The notes under the pieces: model-generated | Seen by the model: the letters and a program-made list of their open reading frames with translations, nothing else | The model's database searches: none | What the model was told of the DNA's origin: nothing | DNA from: Candidatus Rokuibacteriota bacterium | GTDB taxonomy: Bacteria; Methylomirabilota; Methylomirabilia; Rokubacteriales; DASRDR01 | NCBI GenBank assembly: GCA_044866005.1 | Contig: JBIOTN010000009.1 | Span: 1-18,690 of the forward strand | Reading direction: 5' to 3' | Length of the DNA stretch: 18,690 bases | Shown here: positions 7,091 to 14,639 of the stretch, piece by piece | Layout of the letters: each line of letters starts with the position of its first letter | Position numbering within the stretch: the stretch's first letter is position 1 | Program-made: the position numbers and the translations under genes

Positions 7091-8299
7091 GTGAGGGCGT
7101 CCGGCGTCGTCGTCACCGGGCTCGGGGTGGTGAGCCCGTACGGGCTCGGGCGCGCCGCCTTCTGGGCCGGCCTCAGCGCCGGGCGGTGCGCGATCGGCCC
7201 CGTGACGCTCTTCGAGGCCGACGGCTTCCGCGCCCGGATCGCGGCCGAGGTCCCCGGCGACACGCTCCTGCCGGCCGCCTCGCGACGGCGGTCGCGCGCC
7301 GACCGGCTCGCGATCGCCGCCGCGGACGAGGCCGTGGCCGACGCGGGCCTGGACCGGAAGACGCTGCGCGCGGCCGCCGTGGTGGTCGGCGGCATCGGCG
7401 GGGGCATGCTGGAGGTCGAGGCGTGGTACTGGCGCCTCCGGCGGGAGGGCGTGGACGACCCGGCCCTTCGGCCGGCGCTGCGGAGCGCGCTGCCCGAGGC
7501 CCACGCCGACACGCTCGCGCGGCGGTACGGGACGACCGGGCCCAAGGAAACCGTGGTGCTCGCCTGCAGCTCGGGCTCGGCCGCGCTCGGGCTGGCCGCG
7601 GACATGATCCTCGCCGGCGAGACGGCGGTGGCGCTCGCCGGCGGCGTGGATGCCCTGACGCGGACGTGCTTCATGGGCTTCAACGCGCTCAAGCTCCTCG
7701 ATCCGGAGCCGTGCCGGCCCTTCGCCCGGGATCGCGCCGGGATGTCCATCGGCGAGGGGGCCGGCTTCGTCGTGCTCGAGGATCCCGCCCACGCCGCCGC
7801 CCGGGGCGTCCGGCCCTACGCGGCCCTCGCCGGCTACGGGCTCACCACCGATGCCTACCACGTGACCGCGCCGCACCCGGACGCGGAGGGCGGGGTCCGC
7901 GCGATCGTCGAGGCCCTCGAGCGGGCCGGCGTCCCGCCGGGCGCCGTGGGCTACGTCAACGCGCACGGGACCGGCACGGTGCAGAACGATCGCGCCGAGG
8001 CGGTGGCCCTCCGCAAGGTCTTCGGCCCGGAATCGGTCCTCGTGAGCGCGACCAAGTCGCTGATCGGGCACACGATGGCCAGCGCCGGGGCGCTGGAGGC
8101 GATCGCCACCGTCCTGGCGCTCGCCCACGACCTCGTGCCGCCCACCGCGCACCTCACCGACCCGGACCCCGAGATCCCGTTCGACTGCGTGCCGGTCACG
8201 GCGCGCCCGGCGCGCGTCCAGTACGCGCTCTCCAACTCCTTCGGCTTCGGCGGCCAGAACGTGAGCCTGCTGGTGGGTCGCGTGGCCGACCCGCGATGA
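7091..8299 (+). CDS. Beta-ketoacyl-ACP synthase (FabF/type II KS-like), catalytically intact (KS2)
   Basis: VVVTGLGVVSPYG, LACSSG (Cys 7565), CRPFARDRAGMSIGEGAG, DAYHVTAPHP, NAHGTGT (His 7964), KSLIGHTMASAG (His 8069) and SNSFGFGGQN. GTG start at 7091 inferred from where KS homology begins. Confidence 0.95.
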   Translation: MRASGVVVTGLGVVSPYGLGRAAFWAGLSAGRCAIGPVTLFEADGFRARIAAEVPGDTLLPAASRRRSRADRLAIAAADEAVADAGLDRKTLRAAAVVVGGIGGGMLEVEAWYWRLRREGVDDPALRPALRSALPEAHADTLARRYGTTGPKETVVLACSSGSAALGLAADMILAGETAVALAGGVDALTRTCFMGFNALKLLDPEPCRPFARDRAGMSIGEGAGFVVLEDPAHAAARGVRPYAALAGYGLTTDAYHVTAPHPDAEGGVRAIVEALERAGVPPGAVGYVNAHGTGTVQNDRAEAVALRKVFGPESVLVSATKSLIGHTMASAGALEAIATVLALAHDLVPPTAHLTDPDPEIPFDCVPVTARPARVQYALSNSFGFGGQNVSLLVGRVADPR

Positions 8300-9558
8300 G
8301 CCGCCGCCCCGGCCCGGCGGACGGCGGGCCGGCGGGGCGCCCTCGCGCCGTCATCACCGGCCTCGGGAGCGTGAGTGCGCTCGGCGCGGTGGGCGGGCCC
8401 GGGCTCGTCGCCGCCCTGGCCCGCGGCGTGTCGGGCATCAGGCCGGTTCAGGCCTTCTCGACGGACGGGCTCGCCCACCACCTGGCCGGCGAGGTCGGCG
8501 ACGTCACCTCGCACCTCTCGGCGGAAGACGTCCGGCGGCTGCCGCGGCTCAGCCAGCTCGCGGTGGCCGGGTGCCGACTCGCGCTGGCCGACGCGGGCGC
8601 CGAGCGCGGGGCGCTGCCGCGACTCGGCCTCGTGTTCGGCTCCGCGTGGGGGGACCTGCGCTCGTCGGAAGCCTTCCTCCTCGGTTACCTGGCGCGCGGG
8701 CCGCTCGGGCTCTCCCCGCTGGCCTTTCCCTCCACCGTCATGAACGCCATGGCGGCGCACGCGGCCCTTGCCGTGGGCGCCCAGGGCCCGATGCTGACCC
8801 TGAACGAGAACGGCGTCGCGGGCGACCTGGCGGTCGTGCACGCCGCGCGGCTGATCGCTGCGGGTCGCGCGACGGCCGTCCTCGCCGGGGGCGTGGACGA
8901 GCTGTGCGCCATCCTCTACCGGGAGCTCGGGCGGCTCGGCACCACGTCCCCGCGCCGGGCCGGGGCCGAAGGCTGCTGGCCCTTCGACCGCCGCGCCAAC
9001 GGCACGATCCTCGGCGAGGGCGCGACGGTCCTCCTCCTGGAGGCCGCGGACTCGGCGGCCGCGCGCGGCGCGCGGGTCTACGCCGAAGTGGCCGGGGTCG
9101 CGTCGGGGAACCTGCCCTCGGCGCCCCGCCGATTTCCGTCGCCGCGACATCGCGAGCCGACCGTCATCCGGCGCGCGCTCGCCGCGGCCGGGGCCGCGCC
9201 CGCCGACGTGGACGCCGTCTATCTCACCGGCAGCGGCGACCCGGCGCAGGATGCCTGCGAGCTGGACCTGCTGGGTGGGGTGTTCGACCCGCACGCCGGC
9301 GCGCGCCCGCGGCTGACGGCGCTGACCCCGCTGGCCGGGGCGCATGCCGGGCTGGGCGGGCTCCGGATCGCCGCCGCGGCGGCGTTCACGCTCGGCCACG
9401 GGCGGCTGCCGGGGCTGCCGGACCTCGAGGCGCCGGTCTCCGATGGCGTCGAGTTCGCCACCGGCGCGGCGGTCGCGCTCGGCCGGGCCCGCACCGTCCT
9501 CGTGCACGGCCTGGCGCGCGGCGGCGGGCACGCCGCGCTGGTGCTCCGCGCCGCATGA
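8296..9558 (+). CDS. Full-length non-catalytic ketosynthase / chain-length-factor-like protein (CLF2)
   Basis: ATGA overlap with KS2. AVITGLGSVSALG, FPSTVMNAMAA, PFDRRANGTILGEGA. The Cys position reads TLNENGVAG (no Cys) and HGTGT is replaced by LTGSGD. Confidence 0.88.
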   Translation: MSRRPGPADGGPAGRPRAVITGLGSVSALGAVGGPGLVAALARGVSGIRPVQAFSTDGLAHHLAGEVGDVTSHLSAEDVRRLPRLSQLAVAGCRLALADAGAERGALPRLGLVFGSAWGDLRSSEAFLLGYLARGPLGLSPLAFPSTVMNAMAAHAALAVGAQGPMLTLNENGVAGDLAVVHAARLIAAGRATAVLAGGVDELCAILYRELGRLGTTSPRRAGAEGCWPFDRRANGTILGEGATVLLLEAADSAAARGARVYAEVAGVASGNLPSAPRRFPSPRHREPTVIRRALAAAGAAPADVDAVYLTGSGDPAQDACELDLLGGVFDPHAGARPRLTALTPLAGAHAGLGGLRIAAAAAFTLGHGRLPGLPDLEAPVSDGVEFATGAAVALGRARTVLVHGLARGGGHAALVLRAA

Positions 9559-10343
9559 CGCCCCGGCTGCTGGCCGTCGTCCCCGCCTTCAACGAGGCCC
9601 CGACCGTCGGCGCCGTCGTCGCGGCGCTTCGCGAGGTCTGCCCGGTCATCGTGGTGGACGATGGCTCGACCGACGCCACGGGCGCCCGTGCCCTGGCGGC
9701 AGGCGCCACGCGCGTCATCATGCGCGCGCGGCGCGGCGGCAAGGGCGCGGCGCTCCGCGGCGGGTTCGCCGAGGCCCTGCGCCTGGGCGCCCGGGCGGTC
9801 GCCACCCTGGACGGCGACGGCCAGCACGACCCCGCGGACCTGCCGCGCCTGCTGGCGGCGGCGCGCAGCAGTCCCCGCGCCCTCGTCCTCGGAAACCGCC
9901 TGGCGCGCGAGGACGGGGCGCGGATCCCGGCGGCGCGTCGCGGCGCGATCCGCCTCGCCGACCGGGTCGTCCGATGGCTCACGGGCGCGGCCATCCGGGA
10001 CACGCAGTGCGGCTTCCGCGTCTATCCCGCGGCCTTTCTCCGCGCCGCGGCGCTCCGCGAGGAGGGCTTCGTCCTCGAGACCGAGGCCCTGGTCGGGGCC
10101 GTGCGGCTCGGCTATCCGCTCGTGTCGGTGCCGGTGCGGGCCATCTACCCGCCGGGACGCCGGAGCCGCTTCCGCGCGCTGGGGGACGGCCTGCGGATCG
10201 GGTGGTACCTGACGCGCCAGCTGGCGATGAGCGGCCCGGCGCGCCTCGCCCCGGCCGCGCCCCGCGTCCTGCCGGTCCTCGGGCCCCGGCCCGGTGGCGG
10301 TGGCAGCGGCGACCCGCTCGCCGTCACGGGGGGCGACCCGTGA
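9555..10343 (+). CDS. Glycosyltransferase family 2 (DPM1-like)
   Basis: ATGA overlap. VVPAFNEA, VVDDGSTD, GKGAAL, LDGDGQHDP, DTQCGFRVY and FVLETEAL. Confidence 0.93.
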   Translation: MTPRLLAVVPAFNEAPTVGAVVAALREVCPVIVVDDGSTDATGARALAAGATRVIMRARRGGKGAALRGGFAEALRLGARAVATLDGDGQHDPADLPRLLAAARSSPRALVLGNRLAREDGARIPAARRGAIRLADRVVRWLTGAAIRDTQCGFRVYPAAFLRAAALREEGFVLETEALVGAVRLGYPLVSVPVRAIYPPGRRSRFRALGDGLRIGWYLTRQLAMSGPARLAPAAPRVLPVLGPRPGGGGSGDPLAVTGGDP

Positions 10344-11620
10344 CCGAGCTGCGCCCGCGCTACGACGTCGCCGTCATCGGCGGCGGCCCGGGCGGGGCGA
10401 CCGCGGCGGCGCTCCTGGCGCGCGGCGGGCTGGCCGTCGCGTGCTTCGAGCGCGAGCGGTTCCCGCGCTTCCACATCGGCGAGTCCCTGCTGCCGGCGAG
10501 CGTGCCGCTCTTCGACCGCCTCGGGCTCCTGCCGGCCCTCGAGGCGGCGGGGTTCCTCAAGAAATACGGCGCCGCCTTCATCGACGAGGTCGATCGCCGT
10601 CAGGTGATCTTCAACTTCCGCCGCGGGCCGACGTGGGCCGACCACGCCTACAACGTGCCGCGCGCGGACTTCGACCGGCTCGTGCTCGAGCACGCGGCGA
10701 AGGAGGGCGCGGCGGTCTTCGAGGGCCGGGCGGTGGAGACGGTGGCGGTGGAGGCCGATCGCGTGCGGCTCGCGGTCCGCGCCGAGGGCGGGACCCCTCA
10801 GCCCGTCGAGGCCGCGTTCCTCGTGGACGCCAGCGGGCGCGACGCCGTGCTGGCGGCGCGCCTCGGCTGCCGCGAGCCGATGCCGAGCCTCGGCAAGGCC
10901 GCGTTCTTCGCCCACTTCCGCGCGGCGGAGCGCTGGCCCGGTCGGACCGAGGGGCACATCCGCATCTACCTCTTCGAGCACGGCTGGTTCTGGTGGATCC
11001 CCTTCGCCGGCGACGTGACGAGCGTGGGCTGCGTGCTCCACCAGCGGGTCGTCAAGAGCCGGCCGGGACCGGTCGAGGAGCTCTTCGAGGAGATGGTCGC
11101 CGCCTGCCCCGGGGTCGCGGCCGGGCTCGTCCCGGCGGCGCGGGTGACGCCGGTGTGGACGGCGGCGAACTTCTCCTACCGGACGACCCCCTCGGTCGGC
11201 GACCGCTTCCTCTCGATCGGCGACGCGGTCACGTTCGTGGACCCGATCTTCTCGACCGGGGTCTACATCGCGATGCAGTCCGCCGAGCTGGCGTGCCGGC
11301 CGATCCTGGAGGCCTTCCGGCAGGGTGACTTCCGCGCGGCGCGCTTCGACGGCTACCGCCGGCGACTTCACGCCGGGACCGGTCTCTTCTTCCGCTTCAT
11401 CGAGCGGTACTACGACCCGGCGTTCCTCGACGTCTTCCTCTCCCCGAGCCCGCCGGCGCCCCTCCGGGACGCGGTGACGACCGTCCTGGCGGGCGGCGCG
11501 TTCCTGGGGCGCCCGCTCTGGCTGCGGCTCCGTCTCGCCATCGTCTTCCTGGCCGCCCGCGTCAAGCGCTTCACGCGGGGACGGCGCGGCCTCACGGTGG
11601 AGTCACGGCTGAGCTGGTGA
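10340..11620 (+). CDS. FAD-dependent oxidoreductase, flavin-dependent halogenase family (phenol/pyrrole/carrier-bound type)
   Basis: GTGA overlap. IGGGPGG, FPRFHIGESLLP, FLKKYGA (candidate catalytic Lys), VPRADFD, VDASGR, GWFWWIP (WxWxIP, 10985-11002) and GDAVTFVDPIFSTG. Confidence 0.88.
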   Translation: MTELRPRYDVAVIGGGPGGATAAALLARGGLAVACFERERFPRFHIGESLLPASVPLFDRLGLLPALEAAGFLKKYGAAFIDEVDRRQVIFNFRRGPTWADHAYNVPRADFDRLVLEHAAKEGAAVFEGRAVETVAVEADRVRLAVRAEGGTPQPVEAAFLVDASGRDAVLAARLGCREPMPSLGKAAFFAHFRAAERWPGRTEGHIRIYLFEHGWFWWIPFAGDVTSVGCVLHQRVVKSRPGPVEELFEEMVAACPGVAAGLVPAARVTPVWTAANFSYRTTPSVGDRFLSIGDAVTFVDPIFSTGVYIAMQSAELACRPILEAFRQGDFRAARFDGYRRRLHAGTGLFFRFIERYYDPAFLDVFLSPSPPAPLRDAVTTVLAGGAFLGRPLWLRLRLAIVFLAARVKRFTRGRRGLTVESRLSW

Positions 11621-12843
11621 GCCGCGGCGGGCACGCGGAGGCCCGGCGCCGCGCTCCGGGGCTCGGGCGCCTGTGGCCCCGGGGCTACGCCTTCGCCATC
11701 GCCGGTATCGCGGTCGGCATCGCCGGGCTGGTGGCCCTCGGCGGGCTCGCCGAGCGGATCAGCCGCTTCATCGAGGGCGGCCACCGGTTCGTCCTCGGCC
11801 AGATCTCGGTGGCCGGGGCCGGCATCGGGACCGGCGCCGGATTCACCGCGGGCGGCCTCCTGCCGAAGCGCACCCTCGAGGCGCTCGCGCGGGTGCCGGG
11901 GGTCGCCGTGGTCCAGGCCCAGGTGATGGTCCCGGTGAACCCGGTCACCTCCCAGCTCTTCACGGTGAACCAGGAGCTCGTCCTGGGCCTCGACCTCGGC
12001 GTGCCCGCGCCGAACCGGAACTATCCGATCCTGCCCGTCGCGCGCGGCCGCGTCCTCCAGCCGGGCGACCGCCGCCGCGTCGTGCTGGGCGCCGACTTCG
12101 CCGCCGCGCGCGGCCTCCGCGTCGGCGACCGCGTCCGGCTCGGCGGCCTCGACTTCGAGGTGGTCGGGGTGCTGGAGCGGCTGCTGACCGCCCCCGACCG
12201 GTTCGCCCTGGTCCCGCTGGAGGACGCGCGCGATCTCTGGCTCGCGCTCGATCCCACGCTGCGCGCGCTCTTCGCCCCCGGTGGCCCCGTCGCGCGCCAG
12301 GACCTCAACACCGGCGCCGCCGTCGGCTGGCGTCCGGACGTCGATCCCGACGCGCTGGCCGCGCGGATCCGGCAGGAGGTGCCGGGCGTCAACGTCGCGC
12401 CGCCCGGCGAGGTGGCCCGACAGCTCGCCGGCTCGACCGCCTTCTTCAACTGGCTCCTGGCCGGCGTCGGCGGGATCGGGCTGCTCGTCGGCGGGCTCTC
12501 GCTGGCGAACACCGTGGCGGCCTCCACGTTCGAGCGGATCCGCGACTTCGGGATCAAGCAGGCGCTCGGGGCGACGGACCTCGTGCTCCTCGGCGAGGTG
12601 TTGGGGGAGAGTCTGGTCGTCAGCCTGTCCGGCGGCGTCCTCGGCACCGCGCTCGCGTGGGTGGCCGGCACGGCCGTGGACACGCGCGCCGCGCACGCCG
12701 GGCAGCAGCTCTTCCTCTTCTCGGCGCGGCTCCTCGGCTTCGCCGTCGGGTTCGCCGCCCTGCTCGGGACGATCGCCGGGGCGTACGCGACGGCGCGCAT
12801 CCTGCGCGTCCCGCCGGCCGAGGCGATCCGCCGCGGGGCGTAG
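11617..12843 (+). CDS. ABC transporter permease, MacB/FtsX/LolCE type
   Basis: GTGA overlap. N-terminal TM (AGIAVGIAGLVALGGL), then a large extracytoplasmic domain (GRVLQPGD...GLRVGD), then ERIRDFGIKQALGAT and three C-terminal TMs ending PAEAIR. Confidence 0.92.
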   Translation: MSRGGHAEARRRAPGLGRLWPRGYAFAIAGIAVGIAGLVALGGLAERISRFIEGGHRFVLGQISVAGAGIGTGAGFTAGGLLPKRTLEALARVPGVAVVQAQVMVPVNPVTSQLFTVNQELVLGLDLGVPAPNRNYPILPVARGRVLQPGDRRRVVLGADFAAARGLRVGDRVRLGGLDFEVVGVLERLLTAPDRFALVPLEDARDLWLALDPTLRALFAPGGPVARQDLNTGAAVGWRPDVDPDALAARIRQEVPGVNVAPPGEVARQLAGSTAFFNWLLAGVGGIGLLVGGLSLANTVAASTFERIRDFGIKQALGATDLVLLGEVLGESLVVSLSGGVLGTALAWVAGTAVDTRAAHAGQQLFLFSARLLGFAVGFAALLGTIAGAYATARILRVPPAEAIRRGA

Positions 12844-12846
12844 CGC

Positions 12847-13125
12847 ATGCCGCCGCCCGTCCTGCCGCTGCCCGTCCTGCCGCCGCCCGTCCTGCCGCCG
12901 CGGGTCCTGCCGCCGCGGGTCCTGCCGCCGGCTTGCCCCGGTCCGGCCGGGCACCGTCACCCGTTCGCGCCCTCCCGCAGCTCTGGCGATCTGCGGGAGG
13001 AGCGCGAAGGGGTCCCACTTCGCCCGGCCGGCTGCGGGGCGCCGCCGGCGTCACCCGCGGCGGCGGAGCGGCAGCCGCCAGGCCGCGCGTCAGAAACTGC
13101 CGCAGTGATGGTGACGCGCAGATGA
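12847..13125 (+). CDS. Doubtful 92-aa Pro-rich small ORF containing the repeat
   Basis: ATG lies 3 nt after the permease stop and the TGA overlaps the next ATG (ATGA), so the ORF exactly fills the gap. However, it has no recognisable domain or SD and is low-complexity. Confidence 0.25.
   Translation: MPPPVLPLPVLPPPVLPPRVLPPRVLPPACPGPAGHRHPFAPSRSSGDLREEREGVPLRPAGCGAPPASPAAAERQPPGRASETAAVMVTRR
12848..12930. repeat. 15-bp tandem repeat, about 5.5 copies (TGCCGCCGCCCGTCC / TGCCGCCGCGGGTCC)
   Basis: Units start at 12848, 12863 (one C>T), 12878, 12893 and 12908 (both CC>GG variants), with a partial unit at 12923-12930. Confidence 0.95.
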
Positions 13126-14639
13126 GCGAGCCCGGCTACGACGTGGTGGTGGTGGGCGGCGGGAACGCGGCCCTCTGCGCCGCGCTCGCGGCGCGCGAGG
13201 CGGGGGCGCGGGTCCTCCTCCTGGAGAAGGCGCCGGAGCCCGAGCGGGGCGGCAACTCCCTCTTCACCGCCGGCGGGTTCCGCTTCGCGCATGGCGGCCT
13301 CGACGACCTCCGGTCCGACGTGCTCGTCGACCTCACCGAGGCCGAGGCGCGCGCCATCGACGTGCCGCCGTACTCCGTGGAGGAGTTCTACGACGATCTG
13401 ATGCGCCTGACCGAGCACTGCGCGAACCCCGACCTCGCGGACCTCCTCGTCCGCCGCTCGCGCCCGACGGTCGTCTGGATGCGCAGCCAGAAGATCCGCT
13501 GGATCCTCATGCTGAACCGCCAGTCCTTCCGGGTGGGGGACCGTCACCGCTTCTGGGGCGGCCTCCACGTGGAGGCGGTCGGCGGCGGACCCGGGCTGGT
13601 CCAGGCCCTCTACGACCGCGCGGCGCAGGTCGGCGTCGAGGTGCGCTACGGGACGGGCGCGCGCCGCCTCCAGCTCGACCGCCGGGGCGCGGTCACGGGG
13701 CTCACCGCGCGCGGCCCGGAGGGCTTCGAGGAGATCCCGGCCCGCGCCGTCGTGCTCGCGTGCGGCGGGTTCGAGGCGAACCCCGAGTGGCGGACCCGCT
13801 ACCTCGGCCCCGGCTGGGAGCTGGCGCGCGTCCGCGGCACGCGCCACAACGTCGGCGACGGGATCCGCATGGCGCTCGAGATCGGCGCCCAGCCCTACGG
13901 GCACTGGTCGTCGTGCCACGCCGTGGCCTGGGATCTCAACGCGCCCGAGTTCGGCGACCGGAAGGTCCTGGACCTCTTCCAGAAGCACTCCTATCCGCTG
14001 GGGCTCATCGTCAACCTGCGCGGTGAGCGGTTCGTGGACGAGGGCGCGGACCTCCGCAACTACACCTACGCGAAGTACGGCCGCGAGATCCTGGAGCAGC
14101 CGGGCCGGGCGGCCTGGCAGCTCTTCGACCAGAAGGTCGTGCCGCTGCTGCGCGAGGAGTACCGGATCCGCGAGGTCACGCGCGTCCAGGCCGACACGCT
14201 CGAGGAGCTGGCGCGGCGGTGCGAGATCGACGCCCCGGGGCTCGTCCGGACCGTCCAGGCCTACAACGCGGCCGTGCAGGAGGGCGCCTTCAACCCCGCC
14301 GTGCTCGACGGCAAGGGCACGCGCGGCCTCACGCCGCCGAAGTCCAACTGGGCGCAGCGGCTCGACAGCCCGCCCTACGTCGCCTACGGCGTCACGTGCG
14401 GGATCACGTTCACCTTCGGCGGGCTCCGGGTCGACACGCGCGCGGCCGTCCTCGACACCGAGGACCGCCCGATCCCCGGCCTCTACGCGGCGGGCGAGCT
14501 GGTCGGCGGGCTCTTCTACCACAACTACCCGGGCGGCGCGGGGCTCATGGCCGGGGCGACCTTCGGCAAGCTCGCCGGCGAGCACGCGGCCGCCTGCGCC
14601 CGGGCCGGCCAGGGGGGCGACGCGCCCCTCCGGGGCTGA
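13122..14639 (+). CDS. tcuA: FAD-dependent dehydrogenase, TcuA/CobZ (tricarballylate dehydrogenase; SdhA/FrdA flavoprotein superfamily)
   Basis: YDVVVVGGGNAALCAALAAREAGARVLLLEKAP..RGGNS.FTAG, VVLACGGFEAN, VRGTRHNVGDG, CHAVAWD, GERFVDEGAD..NYTYAKYG, GITFTFGGL and GELVGGLFYHNYPGGAGL. The symbol denotes family; the substrate is unproven. Confidence 0.88.
   Translation: MSEPGYDVVVVGGGNAALCAALAAREAGARVLLLEKAPEPERGGNSLFTAGGFRFAHGGLDDLRSDVLVDLTEAEARAIDVPPYSVEEFYDDLMRLTEHCANPDLADLLVRRSRPTVVWMRSQKIRWILMLNRQSFRVGDRHRFWGGLHVEAVGGGPGLVQALYDRAAQVGVEVRYGTGARRLQLDRRGAVTGLTARGPEGFEEIPARAVVLACGGFEANPEWRTRYLGPGWELARVRGTRHNVGDGIRMALEIGAQPYGHWSSCHAVAWDLNAPEFGDRKVLDLFQKHSYPLGLIVNLRGERFVDEGADLRNYTYAKYGREILEQPGRAAWQLFDQKVVPLLREEYRIREVTRVQADTLEELARRCEIDAPGLVRTVQAYNAAVQEGAFNPAVLDGKGTRGLTPPKSNWAQRLDSPPYVAYGVTCGITFTFGGLRVDTRAAVLDTEDRPIPGLYAAGELVGGLFYHNYPGGAGLMAGATFGKLAGEHAAACARAGQGGDAPLRG

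Noticed and set aside
2152..9558. Housekeeping fab operon or aromatic (actinorhodin-type) type II PKS
   Set aside because: There is no fabD, fabG, fabH or plsX, and no cyclase or aromatase. The partner subunits lack the Cys-to-Gln CLF signature.
12848..12930. Tandem repeat as a CRISPR array or RiPP precursor cassette
   Set aside because: The units are 15 bp and contiguous with no spacers, and there are no cas genes. There is no leader/core structure or recognisable RiPP maturase; the only radical SAM gene is hpnJ.
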